DNA of 64,000 nt from an uncultured delta proteobacterium (GTDB lineage: Bacteria; Desulfobacterota; RBG-13-43-22): assembly GCA_963802945.1 (NCBI GenBank), contig CAWDKY010000017.1, positions 447,896-511,895 on the forward strand, read 5' to 3'. Under the pieces are notes generated by a model. It was not told the origin of the DNA, searched no databases, and saw only the letters and a list, made by a program, of their open reading frames with translations. The position numbers and the translations under genes were made by a program. Shown here in pieces: positions 42,775 through 52,410 of the stretch. The stretch's first letter is position 1. Each line of letters opens with the position of its first letter.

Positions 42775-42832
42775 AAAACCGTTTACAGGTCTTTCCCTTT
42801 TCGCGAGGGCCAAGAGACCTGTAAACGGTTTT
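42775..42832. terminator. Bidirectional terminator hairpin
   Basis: AAAACCGTTTACAGGTCT ... AGACCTGTAAACGGTTTT. Confidence 0.8.
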
Positions 42833-42853
42833 ATTATTCAAACCTCAAACCCT

Positions 42854-43141
42854 TTATTTTTCTCTGGTGTACTGGAAGGTGGAATTCATCAACCGGATGA
42901 TCAGATCAACGCTTCGGAACAAATTCCCGGCAATCCGGAAGCTGCTGCCGGGGTTGTCCCCTTGAAATATCTTTTTCAATATTTTCCGGCCTTGCCCGGT
43001 TTGAGCCAGAATGGTTCGGCAGCCCACACCATTTCCCACCTCCAGGTCCTTCAAAGTAACGCCCACGAAGGCGCATTTTTTTAAATCCAAATGGTGATCC
43101 CGGGCGGTTTCTGGCAAGAGATAATTCTCCTCCAGATTCAA
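42854..43141 (-). pseudogene. Truncated GmhB-like HAD paralog (C-terminal half only)
   Basis: LDLKKCAFVGVTLKDLEVGNGVGCRTILAQTGQG aligns to the C-terminus of the upstream gmhB. Lacks the DxD motif. Confidence 0.7.
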
Positions 43142-43160
43142 TCCTTTTTCCTTCCCCGCA

Positions 43161-43730
43161 TTAATTAGGGGTCTCTTTTAAATAGTCAAGTATAATGGGG
43201 ATTGCCGCAGTCAGATTGTCACAGACCCAATCCGGCTTGATTTGAGTTGTTCCTGATAGTATCTTTTGTAGAGACTCCTTTCCTTGCCCGGATTGCACGA
43301 GGACAGTTCTGCCTCCTGCCCGTTTTCCGGCCTGAATGTCTTTTAGGTTGTCTCCGACAAAAAGACATTTCGTTAAATCCAAATCCATTTCCTTGGCCGC
43401 TTTTTTCAACAACCCGATCCGGGGTTTTCGGCACAGGCAGTGGTCATCCGGGTGATGGGGACAATAATATATTTTTGAAATCCGGCCGCCTGCTTTTTTT
43501 ACTTCTTTAAGCATACGGTCGTGAATGGCCGATAGCTCGGCTTCGGTGATTATTCCCCGCCCTATAACCGATTGATTAGTGATCAGTATCACTGGAATCC
43601 CAGCTTGGTTGATCTTCTTTAAAGCCTGGGGGACTCCTTTGATAAATCGAAATTCCTCCCAGGATTTGATATAATCCGGACGGTCTTCGTTAATTACCCC
43701 GTCCCGGTCCAGAAAAATGGCTCGGTTCAA
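43161..43730 (-). CDS. gmhB: D-glycero-D-manno-heptose 1,7-bisphosphate phosphatase
   Basis: FLDRDGVIN, ITNQS, CPHHPDDHCLCRKP, VGD...D. Confidence 0.92.
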   Translation of the reverse strand: MNRAIFLDRDGVINEDRPDYIKSWEEFRFIKGVPQALKKINQAGIPVILITNQSVIGRGIITEAELSAIHDRMLKEVKKAGGRISKIYYCPHHPDDHCLCRKPRIGLLKKAAKEMDLDLTKCLFVGDNLKDIQAGKRAGGRTVLVQSGQGKESLQKILSGTTQIKPDWVCDNLTAAIPIILDYLKETPN

Positions 43731-43761
43731 AGTTTTCTCCTTTGATTCTTACTTCGCTTTT

Positions 43762-44427
43762 TCACCTTATCCCTTTTACCTCGTCATCCAGACGTTTAAA
43801 AAACCGAACCATGACCTTATGTCGGCCTTCAGCCATGGCTCTTCCCGATGGGGTCAGCATTCGATCTTTGATCTTGATTAATTTAACTTGAAATTCACGA
43901 TAGGCCGTATCTTCCCGGCTATAGGAAACGGTTTTAGAAATGTCCCGATGGGAATTGTGAAGTCGGGCCCCGACTTCCCCGGCAAAAAGGAAGGCCCGTC
44001 CGATGCCCACGGCTCCGATGGAGTCCAGTTTATCGGCATCAAACAAAATTTTCGCTTCCAGGGATTTAGGCACCTGTTTGCCTCGGAACCGGTGACTGCG
44101 GATGCACTCCAGCACCTCTTTTCTAATCTGATCCGGCACTCCCATTCTCGATAAAATTTTTTCAGCCTTCTCGGCCCCTATCTGGGCATGACAGATCTTC
44201 CCTTTGGAGATCTGTTCTTCTTTTCGGGCAATATCGTGCAGCAAGGCAGCCAATCCTAGAATTGTCAAATCGGCCTTTTCTTTTTTTCCTATTTTGAGAC
44301 AAAGCCCATAGACCCGTTTGACATGATCCCAACCATGACTGGGTGGTGACAAGTTCATTTCTTTTTGAACCAGTTTCCGGATCGCTTCCCATTGGTGATT
44401 GGAAAACAAGGGTGGCGAAATAGTCAT
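43762..44427 (-). CDS. HD-domain phosphohydrolase
   Basis: HGWDHVKRV, LLHDI, HRFR, DADKLDSIGAVGIGRAF. Confidence 0.92.
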   Translation of the reverse strand: MTISPPLFSNHQWEAIRKLVQKEMNLSPPSHGWDHVKRVYGLCLKIGKKEKADLTILGLAALLHDIARKEEQISKGKICHAQIGAEKAEKILSRMGVPDQIRKEVLECIRSHRFRGKQVPKSLEAKILFDADKLDSIGAVGIGRAFLFAGEVGARLHNSHRDISKTVSYSREDTAYREFQVKLIKIKDRMLTPSGRAMAEGRHKVMVRFFKRLDDEVKGIR

Positions 44428-44590
44428 AAAACTTGCCGTTTCACAAAGAAATCAATAGGGATAAACAGGGAAAATGGGCTTGGGGTTGGAAAATAAATGA
44501 CGACTGGCCTTATATCCTGATCGTCTGTCGTTAAAAGGCTGTCCATTTCTATGGTTTAATGTCCTTTTGAGTCCGGATCAAAGAAAAAAA

Positions 44591-44668
44591 TGGGGTGAGT
44601 GAAGGGACTCGAACCCTCGACCCCCAGGGCCACAACCTGGTGCTCTAACCAACTGAGCTACACTCACC
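44591..44668 (-). tRNA. tRNA-His (anticodon GTG)
   Basis: Reverse complement GGTGAGTGTAGCTCAGTTGGTTAGAGCACCAGGTT-GTG-GCCCTGGGGGTCGAGGGTTCGAGTCCCTTCACTCACCCCA, with G-1 and CCA. Confidence 0.96.
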
Positions 44669-44811
44669 ATTGTTTTTTATTATATTCAGAAGAAATAAAT
44701 CATGCAAGGAATTTTTAGATCAAAGGGGCGGTTCCCTTTATTCTTGACTTAATCGGTTATTGTTAGATATAAATAAAACATTTGTATCAACAAATCTGAA
44801 AGGGTATTTCA

Positions 44812-46620
44812 ATGAAAGAGGAAGATATAGTCGAAATTTTTAAACGCCGGACACGGAATCCGTTACGTCCAAGATCTTCACACCTCATTCAAACCCTCTT
44901 CACCCATTTCAAACCTTTCTCCCCCACCGGTGAATCCCTGATCTGCGGCGAGGCCAACTATCTCGACAAGAGGGTCTTGGTCATCGGCCAGGAAAAGCCG
45001 ACCCTGGAAAAATTAAGAAATTCAGAGAATGCCAAGAAGCTCAACCTGGGCATGTTGTCCGCAGATGAACATTCCCAAATCCTGGGGATATTGAAACAGG
45101 CCCGAACCATGGACCCCAATGAATTGATAATTCTTTGTCTGATCGATACCTATGGAGCCGATATTTCCATGACCTCGGCCCGGCGGTTTCAGGCCTATTT
45201 TATCAGCCATCTAATCTATGAATTTTTAACCATCCCAATCCGGACGATTTCCGTAGTTCTCGGCGAAGGGGGAAGCGGAGGAGCCTTGGCCCTTCAGGTA
45301 ACCGACCGCCGGGCACAAATGGAAGATGCCTTATATGCCACGGCCCCTCCTGAATCCATGGCTTCAATTATTTTTAGAGATGATTCCCGAATTCGGGAGG
45401 CCCTCCTGATTTCCAAACCTACAGCTCAGGATCTTAAAAAATTAAAGGTCATTGATCAGATTCTACCCGTACCCGAAGACATCAAAGATGTGAAAGGTTT
45501 TGCCGAGTCGATTGAACATTATCTTCAAAAATCCTTTCGGGAACTTTTCCATACCAAGATCAGAAATCTCCTGGATCACCGGGAAAGGAGGGCCTTGGCC
45601 TATGGATTGCCCCTCCACCATGGAAAACTTCACGAATTGAAACAGCTCTTGGAAAAACCGATCAAGAATTTTTTTTACAAGATCCCAGCGGATATCCAGT
45701 TGGTCACCTATAACAGTCAAACTCAAATCCCCGACGACTATGACGGCAGGGAGCCGTTGGAACTCAATCAGGAGTATATCCGCTGCGGCCAGGAACGAGG
45801 CCAAAAATTTTCCGGAGGCTGCGGCCGGTTAATAAAACTTGAGGATTATTTGAAAAATTTTCAGGTCTGCCCTTATTGCAACCGGCAGCACATCCTGGAT
45901 GCCGGCGGCTGGATAGAATGCCTCACCGACCCGGAAAGCTTCTTTGAAATAAACCGGAATTTAACGGCGGAAAGTCTTCTGGACAGCCAATCGATGACCA
46001 GTTATTACCGGGACTTCCTGGATAGACAGCGTTCTCATTTTAATACCTCCTTGGTCACCGGCGAAGCCCTGATTTTCGGCCAGCCGGTTATACTGGCCAT
46101 CTCGGAATTTTATTTCAGCGGCGGTTCTATGGGCGTGGTCTTTGGGGAAAAATTTAATCGCGCGGTGGATATGGCCATAGAAAAAAAATTGCCTTTTATT
46201 AGTCTCTGTTGTTCCGGCGGGGCAAATTTATACGAAGGGATCCTGTCTTTGATGCAAATGGTGAAGACCATCGCCTGCGTCAATCGGTTGAAGCGCCACG
46301 GTCTGCCGTTTATCTCCATCCTGGGCGATCCTTCAACCGGCGGAGCTATTGCCAGCTATGCCTCTTTGGGAGATGTTATCCTGGCCGAACCCAATGCCCT
46401 GGTGATCTTTACCGGACCCAGGGTCATGGAATCCAGGGGATTCGAAGTGGATGAAACCCTGGTTCGATCCAATTCCCTCCAACAATTATCGGGTCTTATT
46501 TATCAGCACCAGGATTATTTTTTCGATATCCGTGGCATTCACCAGGTGACGGAAAGAAAAGATATGAAACGAGAACTTGTCAAATATCTCGAGTTTTACC
46601 GGAAGATCCTTCCCAAATAG
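44812..46620 (+). CDS. Fused acyl-CoA carboxylase carboxyltransferase, AccA-like N-terminus plus AccD-like C-terminus
   Basis: AccA motifs IGQEK, IDTYGA, GEGGSGGALAL. AccD motifs C..C...CPYC, GGSMG..FGEK, SGGA..EG..SLMQM.KT, TGG..AS..SLGD. Confidence 0.85.
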   Translation: MKEEDIVEIFKRRTRNPLRPRSSHLIQTLFTHFKPFSPTGESLICGEANYLDKRVLVIGQEKPTLEKLRNSENAKKLNLGMLSADEHSQILGILKQARTMDPNELIILCLIDTYGADISMTSARRFQAYFISHLIYEFLTIPIRTISVVLGEGGSGGALALQVTDRRAQMEDALYATAPPESMASIIFRDDSRIREALLISKPTAQDLKKLKVIDQILPVPEDIKDVKGFAESIEHYLQKSFRELFHTKIRNLLDHRERRALAYGLPLHHGKLHELKQLLEKPIKNFFYKIPADIQLVTYNSQTQIPDDYDGREPLELNQEYIRCGQERGQKFSGGCGRLIKLEDYLKNFQVCPYCNRQHILDAGGWIECLTDPESFFEINRNLTAESLLDSQSMTSYYRDFLDRQRSHFNTSLVTGEALIFGQPVILAISEFYFSGGSMGVVFGEKFNRAVDMAIEKKLPFISLCCSGGANLYEGILSLMQMVKTIACVNRLKRHGLPFISILGDPSTGGAIASYASLGDVILAEPNALVIFTGPRVMESRGFEVDETLVRSNSLQQLSGLIYQHQDYFFDIRGIHQVTERKDMKRELVKYLEFYRKILPK

Positions 46621-46633
46621 AAGCGTTTCCCGT

Positions 46634-47527
46634 ATGGCAACACCTCCTTTATCTCCCCCTTTTTGTCTTGAACTCCCCCAAAAGATACCCGGGTGGGAAA
46701 AGTTCATCGGTTCCTGGGTTATTCAGGGGGATCCGACCATTGTTGTGGATGTGGGTCCAAGGGCATCGATCGATTCATTAATCGCCCAATTATATGAAAA
46801 GGGAATTCGTAACGTCGACTATGTTTGGCTGACTCATATCCATATTGACCACGCCGGAGGATTGGCCCCATTTTTGGAAAAATTCCCGTCTGCCCAGGTT
46901 ATAGCTCCTGCCAAAGGAGTGCCCCATTTAATTGATCCTACCAGGCTGTGGGAAGGAAGTTTAGCCACCTTGAGAGAGAAGGCCATCGCCTACGGTCCCA
47001 TAGATCCGGTTCCAGCGGAACGTCTTATCCCTCATGATGTCTGGTCGTTAAATGGGCTGACCATTCTGGAAACACCTGGACATGCCCCCTACCATCTGAG
47101 TTTTTCTTATCATGACTTTTTATTTTGCGGGGAATCGGCTGGCATTTTTGTGCCTTTTGGGGAAAAAATTTATCTTCGCCCGCCGACCCCGCCCCGCTTT
47201 TTCTTTGAGGTAACCTTGAATAGTGTGGACAGGATGTTGGCTTTACCGGATCAGACTATCTATTTTGGCCATGCCGGAAGTTATTCGAGCAGTCAAGAAA
47301 TCCTGGGATTATATCGGGAGCAGCTTTTTCGCTGGAAAGACTCTATTGCCGGGGTCCTTAAATCTGGACCTGCAAATGTGGTGGAACGGGCGACCGAGGA
47401 CCTTTTGGAAAAGGATCCCTTATTGACCTGTTTTCATCAAATGGACGCCCTGTCTCAACAAAGAGAACGTTTTTTTATGGCCAACAGCATTGCCGGTTTT
47501 ATAGGCTATCTGAAAAATCTCTCTTAA
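46634..47527 (+). CDS. MBL-fold metallo-hydrolase
   Basis: LTHIHIDHAGG, TPGHAPYH, FGH. Confidence 0.9.
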   Translation: MATPPLSPPFCLELPQKIPGWEKFIGSWVIQGDPTIVVDVGPRASIDSLIAQLYEKGIRNVDYVWLTHIHIDHAGGLAPFLEKFPSAQVIAPAKGVPHLIDPTRLWEGSLATLREKAIAYGPIDPVPAERLIPHDVWSLNGLTILETPGHAPYHLSFSYHDFLFCGESAGIFVPFGEKIYLRPPTPPRFFFEVTLNSVDRMLALPDQTIYFGHAGSYSSSQEILGLYREQLFRWKDSIAGVLKSGPANVVERATEDLLEKDPLLTCFHQMDALSQQRERFFMANSIAGFIGYLKNLS

Positions 47528-47529
47528 AT

Positions 47530-47629
47530 TCTGGAATCCAGAATCCAGGAGCCAGAATTCAGAATGAGGAGAGTCATTAAAAGGTATTAGCGGTTATTCT
47601 GGATTCTGGATTCTGACTCCTGGATTCTA
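47530..47629. repeat. Inverted arrays of 7-mer repeats (AGAATCC / GGATTCT)
   Basis: GAATCCAGAATCCAGGAGCCAGAATTCAGAATG ... TTCTGGATTCTGGATTCTGACTCCTGGATTCT. Related copy at ~61095-61183. Confidence 0.75.
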
Positions 47630-47674
47630 CTTTCTTATTGAGTTCTCTATCCAAATTGATTATATTTTGTCCAT

Positions 47675-47751
47675 GCCCCCGTAGCTCAGGTGGATAGAGC
47701 GGCAGATTCCTAATCTGTAGGCCGTGAGTTCAAGTCTCGCCGGGGGCACCA
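47675..47751 (+). tRNA. tRNA-Arg (anticodon CCT), integration target
   Basis: GCCCCCGTAGCTCAGGTGGATAGAGCGGCAGATT-CCT-AATCTGTAGGCCGTGAGTTCAAGTCTCGCCGGGGGCACCA. Confidence 0.96.
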
Positions 47752-47786
47752 ATGATTTCAAGAAGTTATTCCCCATATCCGCCCTT

Positions 47787-48878
47787 CTAACCATCCAAAC
47801 TGTGCAGTTTTTGTGCAGTTGAGATTTGGTCAACTGATTTGTTGTTCAAAGCATTATCTAAAACATCAACCGCCCTTACCTTATGACTCGGTGACAAATG
47901 AGAATACCTCAAAGTCATGGTTAAAGTTTTATGACCCAACAATTCTTTGACTGTTGTTAGATCAATTCCGGCCATAACCAGATGAGAAGCGAAGCAATGG
48001 CGTAGGTCGTGAAACTTAAAGTCCTTAATCCCGGCCTTTCTTAGTGCAGTATGAAACGAGCGCTTGACATCCTGGTAGGGTTTCCCTGTCTTGGTGTCAT
48101 AGAATACCCAAGGAACGTCCAATCGTCTCGTTCTTTCCTTGGTTCCGGTAAAGAGGGATTCCAGGTTTTCCCTAAGCGTTCCATTGATGGGGATCTCTCT
48201 TCTCTCCCCATTCTTGGTCTTATCCAGTAGAATAAACCCATGCTTTAAATCCACCTGGTCCCATTGTAAGTTAAGGATCTCCGATTTCCGGCACCCCGTA
48301 TTCAAGGCCATAACCACAATGGGTTTAAGGTGACTATCACTATGGGCCAAGAGTTCTTGAATCTCTTCTTTGGCAAGAAACCTTAACCGCCTGTTATTCT
48401 CCTGAAGAAGTTTTACCTTTCGGATTCTCTTCAATGTTTCTTCTTCAACCATATCCCATTCAACCGCCTTGGTGAACATATGCCGCAAGGTTGCCAAGAG
48501 ACGGTTTACCGTAGCCGGCTTATTTCCACCATTCAATCTTCCGGTCTGGTATTGTTCAATGAGCAGAGTAGTAAACCTTCTTAATGGGATATGACCGAAT
48601 GCCTCGACCAGTTGAAGGATATAACCTTTTTTAGTCCTGAAACACCGTTGCCTTTCAGCCCATTGAAGATATTCCCCGGCAAGTTCTTTGAAAGTATAGT
48701 TGGCAATTTTTTTAATTTCCGGCTGTTTCCCTTCCTTTATGGATTGCCTTCTTTTGATAAGCAAAGCTTCGGCCTCCCTGAATTTAGACGATCCCGAAGA
48801 CTCCCTGATAACCCGGCCATCAAGCCCAGCATATCGAACCCAATAAACGTTTCCTCTCTTATACAGTCCTTTTGCCAT
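47787..48878 (-). CDS. Tyrosine recombinase/integrase
   Basis: TGCRKSE, KTKNG, HDLRH, LGH, RYSH form a complete R-K-H-R-H-Y set. Start after RBS AGGAGGTG. Confidence 0.96.
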   Translation of the reverse strand: MAKGLYKRGNVYWVRYAGLDGRVIRESSGSSKFREAEALLIKRRQSIKEGKQPEIKKIANYTFKELAGEYLQWAERQRCFRTKKGYILQLVEAFGHIPLRRFTTLLIEQYQTGRLNGGNKPATVNRLLATLRHMFTKAVEWDMVEEETLKRIRKVKLLQENNRRLRFLAKEEIQELLAHSDSHLKPIVVMALNTGCRKSEILNLQWDQVDLKHGFILLDKTKNGERREIPINGTLRENLESLFTGTKERTRRLDVPWVFYDTKTGKPYQDVKRSFHTALRKAGIKDFKFHDLRHCFASHLVMAGIDLTTVKELLGHKTLTMTLRYSHLSPSHKVRAVDVLDNALNNKSVDQISTAQKLHSLDG

Positions 48879-49098
48879 GTCTTTTTTCACCTCCTTTCCT
48901 GCCTGTAGATTTTTCTTTACTGAACCCTTTCTCCAACAAACTAAGGAGAATCTTCACGGTCATGGGAGGTATTATTAATCCGTTTTCCCATCTCCAAACC
49001 GTATTCATAGCAACCCCGGTAAGTTCTCCCAATTCTTTTTGGGTTAACCGTTGCCTTTTTCTGAATTCTTCGATTTCCTTTGGGGTCCAGCTTTTCAT
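48859..49098 (-). CDS. Cro/C1-type HTH protein
   Basis: RKRQRLTQKELGELTGVAMNTVWRWENG. Confidence 0.85.
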   Translation of the reverse strand: MKSWTPKEIEEFRKRQRLTQKELGELTGVAMNTVWRWENGLIIPPMTVKILLSLLEKGFSKEKSTGRKGGEKRHGKRTV

Positions 49099-49238
49099 GG
49101 TTTATATTATATTCTACATAATGTAGATTTGTCAAGATTTATTTTTACTGCACAATTTAGAGCACACCATAAATAAACTACTTGATATTACAATCATATT
49201 TTAATAGGTATGCTGATTTATTATCTGTCGGCCTCCAA

Positions 49239-49538
49239 TTATTTTTTAACGATCTTCAAGGAAGGGACCGGCATCCTGGTTTGTGATTTCACCCATTGAT
49301 CAATATCTTTTTTCCGAAAACGGCTATACTTCCCGGCCTTAAAGTGCGGCAATTCTTTGAGCGTGTTTTTATTATAAACCCAAGAGACAGGGACCCGTAA
49401 ATAATCGGCCAGACCTTCAACATCGAAAATTGTATCTTCCCCGGTCCCCTTTTCCAGGAGAGGTTTAAGAACCTTTAAAACTTCCCCGGCAATAGCCGAA
49501 GCCAGTTCTTGATGGTTTAAGTCAACTTTGAATTCCAT
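49239..49538 (-). CDS. Excisionase-like HTH_17 protein
   Basis: FDVEGLADYLRVPVSWVY....ELPHFKAGKYSRFRKKDIDQW. Confidence 0.88.
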   Translation of the reverse strand: MEFKVDLNHQELASAIAGEVLKVLKPLLEKGTGEDTIFDVEGLADYLRVPVSWVYNKNTLKELPHFKAGKYSRFRKKDIDQWVKSQTRMPVPSLKIVKK

Positions 49539-49766
49539 AATTACTCAGATCCCAAATTCCCGAACACTCTGGCCAAAGGTTCATTTCTTTTCCCTTAGCC
49601 CTTTGGCAGGGGGAGGATACCAGACCATCGCCTTATGACGATACCGACACCTATTCGCTCCTGTTTGCGAAAAAATAAAAAGCCCTTTATTCATAAGAAC
49701 CACCATTCGTATCACCTGTTCCCTTTTAAAGGTATCAAGGTAAAGGTTAGGGTGAGATCGTTGATT

Positions 49767-50276
49767 TTAACCCCCATGAGTGGCCTCCGGAGTGTATGAA
49801 ATGGCATTTTTCGTCTCGTCATGTACTCCTATCTCACCGCTCTTAGCTTCAGTCACACCCCCCAGCTTTGCCCTTTTAGCCTCTAATCGTGCTAATTCCA
49901 GGTCAAGCTTGGTCAGATCGGCATGTACGGCCAGAATATTCACATTCTCGGTGGACTCGTCCCTCAGTAACCTCATTTTATCCGTAGAAATCCCGGCTGC
50001 CACTGTCCGTTGATAGGCATTGATTTTCTCAATGTCCTCATCTGAAATGCTTGTGATCATACGCTTGGCTGTATTCTCAAACATGTCTGCGAGGTCCTCT
50101 TTAATCTCATTGATTTCCTGAATTACTTCCGGGTTCTTTGTCAATGCGGTCTTGATCGTCTTGGGGTCTCGGTCGAGATACTGGCTTATGGCATGGTAAG
50201 TCTTTCCAAGTGCGAACAATGCCTTTGCTTGCTCTAATTCCTTTAATGTCAAGGGGATTGGTGGTTTTCGGTCCAT
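49767..50276 (-). CDS. HTH protein resembling a phage terminase small subunit
   Basis: N-terminal HTH (GKTYHAISQYLDRDPKTIK), helical core ending AAGISTDKMRLLRDESTENV, coiled-coil tail. The TerS call is by resemblance only. Confidence 0.55.
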   Translation of the reverse strand: MDRKPPIPLTLKELEQAKALFALGKTYHAISQYLDRDPKTIKTALTKNPEVIQEINEIKEDLADMFENTAKRMITSISDEDIEKINAYQRTVAAGISTDKMRLLRDESTENVNILAVHADLTKLDLELARLEAKRAKLGGVTEAKSGEIGVHDETKNAISYTPEATHGG

Positions 50277-50382
50277 CGTCTCTACTCCTTTATTCCAAAA
50301 TCATTCCAAGCCATTCCAAAGGATAAAAAGGGGGTTTGGGTTTTTCCGAAATTTCATTCCAAAACCTCGAACTCAATCTCGT

Positions 50383-52410
50383 TTAGGCTGAAAATCGGGG
50401 AATTCCCCCTTCTTGAAACATGTCAATTTGCTTGTTCCCGATATCTTTTTTCTTGTTCCCCAAAATCCTCATTTTTCCATTTTTTCCGGAACAAGAATAG
50501 TTTAAGTTAGATTCGCAACTTAGGGCATTTTCATTTTCTTGTTTTTCTTGTTCCCCATATATAGTGGGAACAAGGGAACAAGAATCATTTTTGCCCCCTT
50601 TCAGGCTGTATTTGAAGGGGTCTCCCTTCCCGCCTTTGCCGTGCTTCAGAACTACACTTTCAACTACCAATTCTCGAAGCCCCTTTACCAGATGGGATTT
50701 TTTCCCCTCCACCTGTTCATTGATAGCGGATTCAACAACTGGTTCTTCCTGGCCACCCAAAAAGTCAATAATTCCCTGCTTGACCTTTTTTAAGTCCATC
50801 TCATTTTTAGATTCTCCAAGGGTCATGGTCCGGGACTCCGGGTCAAACACCAAGACTGTTTCCGGAAGGTCCTCGTCCCCATACCGCTGACTCGTGCTAA
50901 TAGAGCGGTAATTATCTTCTCCCCTATCATGCCTTTTTATAAAAACTGCCGTGTCAACTGAACCATGAATCGCTGTTGAACCAAGGATACAATCCCCCCC
51001 TGTGCGATCACCCTTTCCGGCATGGTGGACAACCAAGACATGAGTCCCGGTCTCCCTGGCTAAGGAAAGAAAAGGTTCTAAGGCCCTGGTGACTTGAACA
51101 TAATCGTTACCATCCTTAACCCTGGCCAGCCTGAACAAAGGGTCAATTATGAGTAAGACAGGCTTTTTTTCTTCGGCCACCTTCCTTATTTGTACTAATG
51201 CATCAGCCGGAGCAGTGGAGGCGAAGATATAAATTTCTTCCTCCCCGGTGGCCCCCATTTTTTGAAAGTGTTTTTTTACTTCTGTCCTTTTTTCTTCAAG
51301 GGCTAAATAGATAACCGGCCCTTTTTGGGTATCCCGTCCAAGGAAGGGTTCGCCCCTGGATACTTTTAAGGCCAAATTTCTGGCCCAGGTTGACTTCCCC
51401 GCCTTGGGCTTACCCACCACTGTCGAAAAACCCCCGCTTGGCAGAATACCATCCAACAACCACGTCGTTTTTTCCTCCGGTTCGTTTAGGAGGTCTCTCA
51501 GTCTGGTTAAAACAAATGGCCTTCCCTTCAAGTTATTCTCCGGCATTGAACCTCCAGCCTCTTTATGGTTTCTCTTGTGGGTTTTCGTAACAGATTCAAC
51601 AATGGACTGGATTTCTTTTTCGGGAAGTGGAGGATTATTCTTTTGGTTCCAAGCACAAAGCATTTCTAAAACTTCTTGTTCAGAAAGCCCTTTTCCTAAA
51701 TACCTACCGGCTAATTTAGTGGCCGTCTCGTTCCTTTGTCCTTCGGGGACCCCGGCCAATAGTTCTTCTTGCCAACCCGTAGGGTTTATCGGGGGAGAAT
51801 CGTTTTGGGTGATTGGGAGTTCGGGAAGGAATGAATCAAAATCATCGGGGTTGTAATTGAGGGCAGGAGAAAGCTTGATTATTTTGACTTCTCTTGGAGG
51901 CGTGTATTTAAAGTTTAGCGTTCCGGGTACTCTCAGGATTCGGCTTGCATCTGTAGCTCCTTGGTCTCCATCAAAATAATGTGCCAGTCTTTTTAAGATG
52001 TTTTCAATATAAAATATTCCTTCCCTCGATTCTGGTTCTTTTAATATCCAATAGACATGGTATCCCCCACCAGAATCAACGATTACCGAGGGTTCATTAG
52101 GGAAGTCTTTTAGCTTGGAATCAGTTTGTTCTTTTGGGGTATCTTTAAAATCAATGTCAACCCATAAAACTGGGATTTCAACGATGTTGTCTTTCCTTCC
52201 ACCTCGTCCATCTCGGAGGGCAACACCAAAAAATATATTTTGACCATTTCGGCTAAAACCAGAAAATTTATTGATGGCCTTCAGGGGGAAAAAGGTTTGC
52301 CCTTCACTTGGAAGAAACCGACATTCGATAAAACCCTCATTGCAAAACTGATAAAGGTTTTTAAAGAAATTTATTTGGATTTCTTTCTTGTCACTTTGAA
52401 GCGTATCCAT
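50383..52410 (-). CDS. Primase-helicase (RepB/AEP-type primase + PriCT-1 + AAA_25 helicase)
   Basis: WVDID, VDSGGGYHVYW, RILRVPGTLN; EGQRNETA; Walker A GKPKAGKS, LLIIDP, VHHAGK. Confidence 0.9.
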   Translation of the reverse strand: MDTLQSDKKEIQINFFKNLYQFCNEGFIECRFLPSEGQTFFPLKAINKFSGFSRNGQNIFFGVALRDGRGGRKDNIVEIPVLWVDIDFKDTPKEQTDSKLKDFPNEPSVIVDSGGGYHVYWILKEPESREGIFYIENILKRLAHYFDGDQGATDASRILRVPGTLNFKYTPPREVKIIKLSPALNYNPDDFDSFLPELPITQNDSPPINPTGWQEELLAGVPEGQRNETATKLAGRYLGKGLSEQEVLEMLCAWNQKNNPPLPEKEIQSIVESVTKTHKRNHKEAGGSMPENNLKGRPFVLTRLRDLLNEPEEKTTWLLDGILPSGGFSTVVGKPKAGKSTWARNLALKVSRGEPFLGRDTQKGPVIYLALEEKRTEVKKHFQKMGATGEEEIYIFASTAPADALVQIRKVAEEKKPVLLIIDPLFRLARVKDGNDYVQVTRALEPFLSLARETGTHVLVVHHAGKGDRTGGDCILGSTAIHGSVDTAVFIKRHDRGEDNYRSISTSQRYGDEDLPETVLVFDPESRTMTLGESKNEMDLKKVKQGIIDFLGGQEEPVVESAINEQVEGKKSHLVKGLRELVVESVVLKHGKGGKGDPFKYSLKGGKNDSCSLVPTIYGEQEKQENENALSCESNLNYSCSGKNGKMRILGNKKKDIGNKQIDMFQEGGIPRFSA

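Noticed and set aside
47530-47629. Possible CRISPR array
   Set aside because: Units are 7-mers without unique spacers and there are no cas genes. No CRISPR array was seen anywhere in the window.
49540-49765. Small ORF between xis and the TerS-like gene
   Set aside because: Only short, inconsistent frames and no supportable product.
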